Source: Phallusia mammillata
Taxonomy: Eukaryota
Assembly: GCA_965637545.1 (NCBI GenBank)
Contig: OZ281495.1
Span: 7,688,001 to 7,752,000, forward strand
Direction: 5' to 3'
Length of the DNA: 64,000 nt
Below the pieces are notes generated by a model. The model was given only the letters and a program-made list of their open reading frames with translations, did not search any database and was not told the origin of the DNA. The translations under genes and the position numbers were made by a program. Positions 1 to 8,343 of this stretch are shown here, one piece after another (the stretch's first letter is position 1; each line of letters starts with the position of its first letter).

Positions 1-60
1 ATACTAAATTTTGGCATACTACGAAGTAAGTGTTTTGTAAATCTTCTTAAGAAAACATAC

Positions 61-470
61 CTATAGTGGAGTTGAGCGAAACAGGAAAGTTGAAAATTCG
101 ATTTACATCTGATCCAAGATCCTATATGGGAAATTACATGGGTTAGTTAGTTATGTATTATACAATCCCAACTGGCATGATTAAAATTCATTTGAAAACA
201 TTAACGAGTGGGTAGGCCTATAGTTTTTGTACTCTCAGTTAACGAATTAGTAAGATATGTCATCAACCCTTGATTACCTGCATCGATAAGGACCAAACTC
301 TTAGGTCAAGACACCTGTAAAAAGCACAGTTGCAGATTAATGCATACATTACCCAACAACACACTTTCTGCTATCTCTTACCTCTCTTTCTCTAACCGCA
401 CTGTAGGTACAGGTATAAAAATGCCCTCCTCGTTGCCACATTTTGTCCAATACGGATATAAATTCGCCAT
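61..470 (-). CDS. Exons 1-3 (470-382, 314-278, 121-61) of a copy whose remaining exons lie left of the window
   Basis: Same sequence and splice signals as exons 1-3 of copy 1, shifted by 3,323 bp. Confidence 0.8.
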
Positions 471-665
471 TTTGACAGAGCATATAAATGCACGTCTGGT
501 TTTTATTTCCATTTTCAGAAAAATACTCAAAAAGTTAAAAGTTACCATGAAACCGATTATTAGGTAGGAGGCAGTGTGACGTCACATTGCCGCATTTATG
601 ACAAATTTTGGCTGACAAATGTTTGCAAGCATCAGTTTGTTGTGTGTTAAGTACTGGCATTAGAG

Positions 666-730
666 CAGTGGTTCTTAACCTGGGAACTCCAGGGATTCGG
701 CAACGCTGATTCAGGGGTTCGACGAAGGTC
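666..730 (+). mobile_element. One end of a hAT (Charlie/Buster-like) non-autonomous element or MITE; partner TIR absent; present in every unit
   Basis: Begins CAGTGGTTCTTAACCT, resembling Charlie/Buster-type TIRs. Subterminal repeats CAGGGATTCG (690-699) and CAGGGGTTCG (712-721). The flanking 8 bp CATTAGAG fit the Buster nnnTAnnn target. No AGGTTAAGAACCACTG found in the unit. Confidence 0.65.
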
Positions 731-1118
731 CTTTGAAGTATAGAAATATTCGTTTTCGTCAAACTTTACGGATCTTTTGTCGCTTATAAGTAGCATTTTT
801 TTTGCTAAATAGAAAAACACTGTACGTTTGTAACTAGGGTTTTGTATCTTTTTTGACGGAACAAAGAACATTGTGTGAATTGTTCGTAGGCAGCAAAAAC
901 TAATTACTTCATGTTTCTATGAAGTTACTAAAAATACGGAATCAAGGCAATCCTGAAACAAGATGCTCGTATTGTGATGTCAGAACTGTGTTACCATTAA
1001 GTTTAGTGAAAAGCCGGTTATTGCGCGCATCTGCCGAGTTCCGCCGCGCGATTTCAACTTGCCATCTCTACGGACGACGAATTATGACGAGATTGGGTTC
1101 TTCCAGATTTCTATTTTC

Positions 1119-1178
1119 AGTGAAACGGGGTTTCACCGCACGGTGCTGCACCGTTTCACTTGCGCACGGCCGTCAGTG
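1119..1178. other. GC-rich cluster of nested inverted repeats and palindromes; present in every unit
   Basis: AGTGAAACGG (1119-1128) pairs with CCGTTTCACT (1151-1160). GTGAAAC-GGG-GTTTCAC at 1120-1136, ACGGTGC-T-GCACCGT at 1140-1154, TGCGCA at 1161-1166, ACGGCCGT at 1166-1173. Confidence 0.85.
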
Positions 1179-1489
1179 TAATTAATTTCCTTTTCGTTTT
1201 GTGAATTCCAAGTCTGTAAAAGACATCAACTCTTAACCTAAAATATCAACAATATCTTACGTACGTGATACCGTTAACTCTTGAGAAATAATGATTCCAC
1301 AGCACTGTTGCCAATTTATCATTTTTTAGCACTACATTTGACATGTTGTCAAGTTATTTAGCATTACAAATGACATCTAGCAACAAGAGTCAGAAGTTAT
1401 GCGAATTGGATTCGAATAAATACTGCGCATATTATGGATCTCAGTCAAATAGTAACAAGAATTTCTACAAAAAAAGCCCGAGTGTATTT

Positions 1490-1495
1490 TTTATT
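1490..1495 (-). terminator. Polyadenylation hexamer AATAAA about 200 nt after the stop codon, followed by a U/GU-rich tract; present in every unit
   Basis: The minus strand reads AATAAAAAATACACTCGGGCTTTTTTTGTAG, the canonical hexamer plus downstream-element layout. Confidence 0.65.
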
Positions 1496-1513
1496 ACGAT
1501 ACAAAGACACAGG

Positions 1514-1521
1514 ATAAAAAA
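1514..1521 (-). promoter_or_regulatory. CPE-like element UUUUUUAU in the predicted 3' UTR, 18 nt upstream of AATAAA
   Basis: Plus-strand ATAAAAAA at 1514-1521 matches UUUUUAU, but it is a short motif in AT-rich DNA. Confidence 0.35.
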
Positions 1522-1697
1522 TGATGCAAAAAGGAAAAAAAAGAGCAAAACAGCAGTGGTGAGATAGTAATACAACAAGAAAAATCATTTTTTCCTTGTT
1601 TGGAAATTGTAGTGTTTGAAAAAAATCCAGTTGAATCGGGTCAGAGCCTTCTAACTCGTCAAGGCAGCCTGTGACGAACAAGTTCCGTTGAATCCGT

Positions 1698-3793
1698 TTA
1701 CGATACACAGCAATTAATCCTAAATCGCTTTCGTTTTTTACGTTTAGGCTTTTTGCTGTCGGAAGCATCTTTCAGTGTGCCATTTTGATCTTGCTCCGGA
1801 GTAACGTCCATTGATTGAATTAGAGAATCTTTCTCGACTTTGCCTTGCGATGCCTTTTCGACATCTTTAGTAGGTTTCTCGTCTATGTGCTTATTTGCAA
1901 GGACTCTATCTTCAAGAGGAACAGTTGATTTAGGTTCTTTAGCCTGAGGTTTGGAATCTACAACTGACAGCTGTGCAATGGGCCAACTCGATTGATTCTC
2001 GTTTCCAATCTTTGGCGTTAATGTGTCTTTTTCTTTTGTCGGTTGCTTGAGAGAATTTTTAGTTTCCAATTCCACCGCAGCAGTGGGCAGTTGACCGATT
2101 GCAGAATTTTGTTTCCTCGATTGATCAGCGATTTGTAGTCTTGATCTGTCTTGACTATTTAATCTGTTTTTCCATCTATGAGGTCGTGGCATGACTGGCC
2201 GACTTACTTGGGGCGTCGCGGCAAAAACAAATACCTCAGTAGTTTGTAACTTTTGTGCAGACAACTTTCGTCTGCGTGGTTTTGGTGGTGGAGTTTGTGT
2301 GCTGGAATTCCGCACTTTGACGTTTTCTGCCAGTGGTAAGACGGAACGTGGAATATCTTGAAATCTGTTTAGGTTAAATTGTTTCGTAAACTTGACAATA
2401 GGGCGAATGTAGGTGGAAATAACAGCAGAGGGCGCCGAAGCTGTATCTTGATCACAGCGTATCGGTGGTCCTCTATGAGTTTGTCCACGTTCAGACAACT
2501 GTGGTTTGCCCCATGTCACTAAGGTTGCACCTCTTAATACATCTGGGTCAACGATTGTAGATTGGTTGTGCACAGGGCATTCTGGAACACATTGTATTTC
2601 TGTTCTCAAGCTGGTGGATGTTTTAGTCGTAGCAGCGTATGGCTTCCAGGGATCAGGCCACCTTAGAACCCTTCGATACGGTTTGCTTGGTAAGGGTATA
2701 GCAGTAACTTGAACAACTTCACTTTGTTGAAGTTTATCCCCTTGAGGCTTCAATCGCGGGGTTTGGGTAGTCGAATCCCTTACAATAACAGCTGTGAGAC
2801 CGACAATGAACTGCGTTTGATTGCTACTGAGTAAGTAATTGACCCGCGTCCATCCCGTGTCATTTGAAAGAACTGAATACATATTTTGCATCCATTCCGG
2901 TTTTACTACAGAAGATATTCGAGCTTTGAAAATTATTTTCCAAACTGCTGCAATCTCTTTCCCGTAAAGACCGGATTCGATGTGGGCTGAAAGCGGGCGA
3001 ATTGGACGCCCTGTTTGGAACAGCACTACATCTCTCGGGTGCAACTTTATATATCTTCTGTCAACCGTCTGTGTCAAGAACCAGCTTCCTTGATTATGAC
3101 TCGCTATGATGCAACCTGTTGAGAAACATTGTTTTTCGAGTTAAATTATTATAATAATCAAATATAAATATAAATGTTAGTTTAGGGATCTGCTTCTTAT
3201 TTCTGAGAATATTTTTCTAACTGTGTTGTACCTTTTATGTTTTTCTTTTCGGGAGAGGATAAAGGACTACGCCCAACTGCGTTTGTTGGATCCTCCAAAT
3301 TGGTTTCTATGTAACAAAGTGAAATACTAAATTTTGGCATACTACGAAGTAAGTGTTTTGTAAATCTTCTTAAGAAAACATACCTATAGTGGAGTTGAGC
3401 GAAACAGGAAAGTTGAAAATTCGATTTACATCTGATCCAAGATCCTATATGGGAAATTACATGGGTTAGTTAGTTATGTATTATACAATCCCAACTGGCA
3501 TGATTAAAATTCATTTGAAAACATTAACGAGTGGGTAGGCCTATAGTTTTTGTACTCTCAGTTAACGAATTAGTAAGATATGTCATCAACCCTTGATTAC
3601 CTGCATCGATAAGGACCAAACTCTTAGGTCAAGACACCTGTAAAAAGCACAGTTGCAGATTAATGCATACATTACCCAACAACACACTTTCTGCTATCTC
3701 TTACCTCTCTTTCTCTAACCGCACTGTAGGTACAGGTATAAAAATGCCCTCCTCGTTGCCACATTTTGTCCAATACGGATATAAATTCGCCAT
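1698..3793 (-). CDS. Copy 1 of a predicted 5-exon gene, 559 aa, unknown family, with C-terminal polybasic tract + CCVS. Exons: 3793-3705, 3637-3601, 3444-3384, 3306-3232, 3115-1698
   Basis: ATG in CAAAATGGCG context. Donors GAG|GTAAGA, CAG|GTAATC, TAG|GTATGT, AAG|GTACAA. Acceptors TTTTTACAG|G, TTTCCCATATAG|G, TTTGTTACATAG|A, TTTCTCAACAG|G. Phases 2/0/1/1 join without stops: 89+37+61+75+1418 = 1680 nt. The N-terminal 100 aa are MANLYPYWTKCGNEEGIFIPVPTVRLEKERCLDLRVWSLSMQDLGSDVNRIFNFPVSLNSTIETNLEDPTNAVGRSPLSSPEKKNIKGCIIASHNQGSWF, followed by the track's 459-aa ORF. This copy carries I92V (ORF numbering; C at 2804). Confidence 0.85.
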
Positions 3794-3897
3794 TTTGACA
3801 GAGCATATAAATGCACGTCTGGTTTTTATTTCCATTTTCAGAAAAATACTCAAAAAGTTAAAAGTTACCATGAAACCGATTATTAGGTAGGAGGCAG

Positions 3898-3909
3898 TGT
3901 GACGTCACA
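3898..3909. promoter_or_regulatory. Perfect 12-bp palindrome TGTGACGTCACA containing a full CRE (TGACGTCA), 105 nt upstream of the ATG; present in every unit (first at 575-586)
   Basis: Read directly from the sequence; TGACGTCA is the CREB/ATF/CREM consensus site. Confidence 0.6.
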
Positions 3910-5020
3910 TTGCCGCATTTATGACAAATTTTGGCTGACAAATGTTTGCAAGCATCAGTTTGTTGTGTGTTAAGTACTGGCATTAGAGCAGTGGTTCTTA
4001 ACCTGGGAACTCCAGGGATTCGGCAACGCTGATTCAGGGGTTCGACGAAGGTCCTTTGAAGTATAGAAATATTCGTTTTCGTCAAACTTTACGGATCTTT
4101 TGTCGCTTATAAGTAGCATTTTTTTTGCTAAATAGAAAAACACTGTACGTTTGTAACTAGGGTTTTGTATCTTTTTTGACGGAACAAAGAACATTGTGTG
4201 AATTGTTCGTAGGCAGCAAAAACTAATTACTTCATGTTTCTATGAAGTTACTAAAAATACGGAATCAAGGCAATCCTGAAACAAGATGCTCGTATTGTGA
4301 TGTCAGAACTGTGTTACCATTAAGTTTAGTGAAAAGCCGGTTATTGCGCGCATCTGCCGAGTTCCGCCGCGCGATTTCAACTTGCCATCTCTACGGACGA
4401 CGAATTATGACGAGATTGGGTTCTTCCAGATTTCTATTTTCAGTGAAACGGGGTTTCACCGCACGGTGCTGCACCGTTTCACTTGCGCACGGCCGTCAGT
4501 GTATTTAATTTCCTTTTCGTTTTGTGAATTCCAAGTCTGTAAAAGACATCAACTCTTAACCTAAAATATCAACAATATCTTGCGTACGTGATACCGTTAA
4601 CTCTTGAGAAATAATGATTCCACAGCACTGTTGCCAATTTATCATTTTTTAGCACTACATTTGACATGTTGTCAAGTTATTTAGCATTACAAATGACATC
4701 TAGCAACAAGAGTCAGAAGTTATGCGAATTGGATTCGAATAAATACTGCGCATATTATGGATCTCAGTCAAATAGTAACAAGAATTTCTACAAAAAAAGC
4801 CCGAGTGTATTTTTTATTACGATACAAAGACACAGGATAAAAAATGATGCAAAAAGGAAAAAAAAGAGCAAAACAGCAGTGGTGAGATAGTAATACAACA
4901 AGAAAAATCATTTTTTCCTTGTTTGGAAATTGTAGTGTTTGAAAAAAATCCAGTTGAATCGGGTCAGAGCCTTCTAACTCGTCAAGGCAGCCTGTGACGA
5001 ACAAGTTCCGTTGAATCCGT

Positions 5021-7116
5021 TTACGATACACAGCAATTAATCCTAAATCGCTTTCGTTTTTTACGTTTAGGCTTTTTGCTGTCGGAAGCATCTTTCAGTG
5101 TGCCATTTTGATCTTGCTCCGGAGTAACGTCCATTGATTGAATTAGAGAATCTTTCTCGACTTTGCCTTGCGATGCCTTTTCGACATCTTTAGTAGGTTT
5201 CTCGTCTATGTGCTTATTTGCAAGGACTCTATCTTCAAGAGGAACAGTTGATTTAGGTTCTTTAGCCTGAGGTTTGGAATCTACAACTGACAGCTGTGCA
5301 ATGGGCCAACTCGATTGATTCTCGTTTCCAATCTTTGGCGTTAATGTGTCTTTTTCTTTTGTCGGTTGCTTGAGAGAATTTTTAGTTTCCAATTCCACCG
5401 CAGCAGTGGGCAGTTGACCGATTGCAGAATTTTGTTTCCTCGATTGATCAGCGATTTGTAGTCTTGATCTGTCTTGACTATTTAATCTGTTTTTCCATCT
5501 ATGAGGTCGTGGCATGACTGGCCGACTTACTTGGGGCGTCGCGGCAAAAACAAATACCTCAGTAGTTTGTAACTTTTGTGCAGACAACTTTCGTCTGCGT
5601 GGTTTTGGTGGTGGAGTTTGTGTGCTGGAATTCCGCACTTTGACGTTTTCTGCCAGTGGTAAGACGGAACGTGGAATATCTTGAAATCTGTTTAGGTTAA
5701 ATTGTTTCGTAAACTTGACAATAGGGCGAATGTAGGTGGAAATAACAGCAGAGGGCGCCGAAGCTGTATCTTGATCACAGCGTATCGGTGGTCCTCTATG
5801 AGTTTGTCCACGTTCAGACAACTGTGGTTTGCCCCATGTCACTAAGGTTGCACCTCTTAATACATCTGGGTCAACGATTGTAGATTGGTTGTGCACAGGG
5901 CATTCTGGAACACATTGTATTTCTGTTCTCAAGCTGGTGGATGTTTTAGTCGTAGCAGCGTATGGCTTCCAGGGATCAGGCCACCTTAGAACCCTTCGAT
6001 ACGGTTTGCTTGGTAAGGGTATAGCAGTAACTTGAACAACTTCACTTTGTTGAAGTTTATCCCCTTGAGGCTTCAATCGCGGGGTTTGGGTAGTCGAATC
6101 CCTTACAATAACAGCTGTGAGACCGATAATGAACTGCGTTTGATTGCTACTGAGTAAGTAATTGACCCGCGTCCATCCCGTGTCATTTGAAAGAACTGAA
6201 TACATATTTTGCATCCATTCCGGTTTTACTACAGAAGATATTCGAGCTTTGAAAATTATTTTCCAAACTGCTGCAATCTCTTTCCCGTAAAGACCGGATT
6301 CGATGTGGGCTGAAAGCGGGCGAATTGGACGCCCTGTTTGGAACAGCACTACATCTCTCGGGTGCAACTTTATATATCTTCTGTCAACCGTCTGTGTCAA
6401 GAACCAGCTTCCTTGATTATGACTCGCTATGATGCAACCTGTTGAGAAACATTGTTTTTCGAGTTAAATTATTATAATAATCAAATATAAATATAAATGT
6501 TAGTTTAGGGATCTGCTTCTTATTTCTGAGAATATTTTTCTAACTGTGTTGTACCTTTTATGTTTTTCTTTTCGGGAGAGGATAAAGGACTACGCCCAAC
6601 TGCGTTTGTTGGATCCTCCAAATTGGTTTCTATGTAACAAAGTGAAATACTAAATTTTGGCATACTACGAAGTAAGTGTTTTGTAAATCTTCTTAAGAAA
6701 ACATACCTATAGTGGAGTTGAGCGAAACAGGAAAGTTGAAAATTCGATTTACATCTGATCCAAGATCCTATATGGGAAATTACATGGGTTAGTTAGTTAT
6801 GTATTATACAATCCCAACTGGCATGATTAAAATTCATTTGAAAACATTAACGAGTGGGTAGGCCTATACTTTTTGTACTCTCAGTTAACGAATTAGTAAG
6901 ATATGTCATCAACCCTTGATTACCTGCATCGATAAGGACCAAACTCTTAGGTCAAGACACCTGTAAAAAGCACAGTTGCAGATTAATGCATACATTACCC
7001 AACAACACACTTTCTGCTATCTCTTACCTCTCTTTCTCTAACCGCACTGTAGGTACAGGTATAAAAATGCCCTCCTCGTTGCCACATTTTGTCCAATACG
7101 GATATAAATTCGCCAT
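5021..7116 (-). CDS. Copy 2, intact 559-aa spliced gene
   Basis: Intact 459-aa terminal ORF at 5021-6400; upstream exons and ATG (7116) at the same unit offsets as copy 1. Confidence 0.85.
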
Positions 7117-8343
7117 TTTGACAGAGCATATAAATGCACGTCTGGTTTTTATTTCCATTTTCAGAAAAATACTCAAAAAGTTAAAAGTTACCATGAAACC
7201 GATTATTAGGTAGGAGGCAGTGTGACGTCACATTGCCGCATTTATGACAAATTTTGGCTGACAAATGTTTGCAAGCATCAGTTTGTTGTGTGTTAAGTAC
7301 TGGCATTAGAGCAGTGGTTCTTAACCTGGGAACTCCAGGGATTCGGCAACGCTGATTCAGGGGTTCGACGAAGGTCCTTTGAAGTATAGAAATATTCGTT
7401 TTCGTCAAACTTTACGGATCTTTTGTCGCTTATAAGTAGCATTTTTTTTGCTAAATAGAAAAACACTGTACGTTTGTAACTAGGGTTTTGTATCTTTTTT
7501 GACGGAACAAAGAACATTGTGTGAATTGTTCGTAGGCAGCAAAAACTAATTACTTCATGTTTCTATGAAGTTACTAAAAATACGGAATCAAGGCAATCCT
7601 GAAACAAGATGCTCGTATTGTGATGTCAGAACTGTGTTACCATTAAGTTTAGTGAAAAGCCGGTTATTGCGCGCATCTGCCGAGTTCCGCCGCGCGATTT
7701 CAACTTGCCATCTCTACGGACGACGAATTATGACGAGATTGGGTTCTTCCAGATTTCTATTTTCAGTGAAACGGGGTTTCACCGCACGGTGCTGCACCGT
7801 TTCACTTGCGCACGGCCGTCAGTGTATTTAATTTCCTTTTCGTTTTGTGAATTCCAAGTCTGTAAAAGACATCAACTCTTAACCTAAAATATCAACAATA
7901 TCTTGCGTACGTGATACCGTTAACTCTTGAGAAATAATGATTCCACAGCACTGTTGCCAATTTATCATTTTTTAGCACTACATTTGACATGTTGTCAAGT
8001 TATTTAGCATTACAAATGACATCTAGCAACAAGAGTCAGAAGTTATGCGAATTGGATTCGAATAAATACTGCGCATATTATGGATCTCAGTCAAATAGTA
8101 ACAAGAATTTCTACAAAAAAAGCCCGAGTGTATTTTTTATTACGATACAAAGACACAGGATAAAAAATGATGCAAAAAGGAAAAAAAAGAGCAAAACAGC
8201 AGTGGTGAGATAGTAATACAACAAGAAAAATCATTTTTTCCTTGTTTGGAAATTGTAGTGTTTGAAAAAAATCCAGTTGAATCGGGTCAGAGCCTTCTAA
8301 CTCGTCAAGGCAGCCTGTGACGAACAAGTTCCGTTGAATCCGT

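Noticed and set aside
496-548. Upstream ATG|GTAAC micro-exon spliced to CAG at 496
   Set aside because: The acceptor lacks a pyrimidine tract and the join is 25 nt from the main ATG, so it is out of frame.
1100-1165. Helitron 3' end (hairpin followed 12 nt later by CTGG on the minus strand), implying rolling-circle amplification
   Set aside because: CTGG is followed by A, not by T or the TC expected at an insertion site or head-to-tail junction. There is no 5' TC terminus or Rep/helicase remnant.
1338-1352. TTGACA-TGT-TGTCAA inverted repeat resembling a bacterial -35 box or operator
   Set aside because: The context is a spliced eukaryotic locus, and a 6-bp arm is expected by chance in AT-rich DNA.
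340-1768. The short 60-107 aa ORFs in each unit (MHTL, MTKT, MFFV, MKLL, MPSL, MLSS, MLPT) and the 68-aa antisense ORF MPHV
   Set aside because: They overlap introns, UTR or spacer of the spliced gene or lie antisense to it, resemble no known protein, and several are broken by unit variants. Their recurrence reflects only the repeat.
3075-3077. Start of the 459-aa ORF as given in the track
   Set aside because: The codon is TTG. The frame continues to the splice acceptor at 3116, so this is internal to exon 5.
1-3323. Resemblance to D4Z4/DUX4 (3.3-kb macrosatellite with one gene per unit)
   Set aside because: Only the unit size matches. This unit is AT-rich, has coding introns and encodes no homeodomain.
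1-3323. 5S rRNA, U1/U2 snRNA, tRNA, spliced-leader or histone array as the reason for the repeat
   Set aside because: I found no match by eye to their conserved sequences on either strand. An Rfam scan would settle it.
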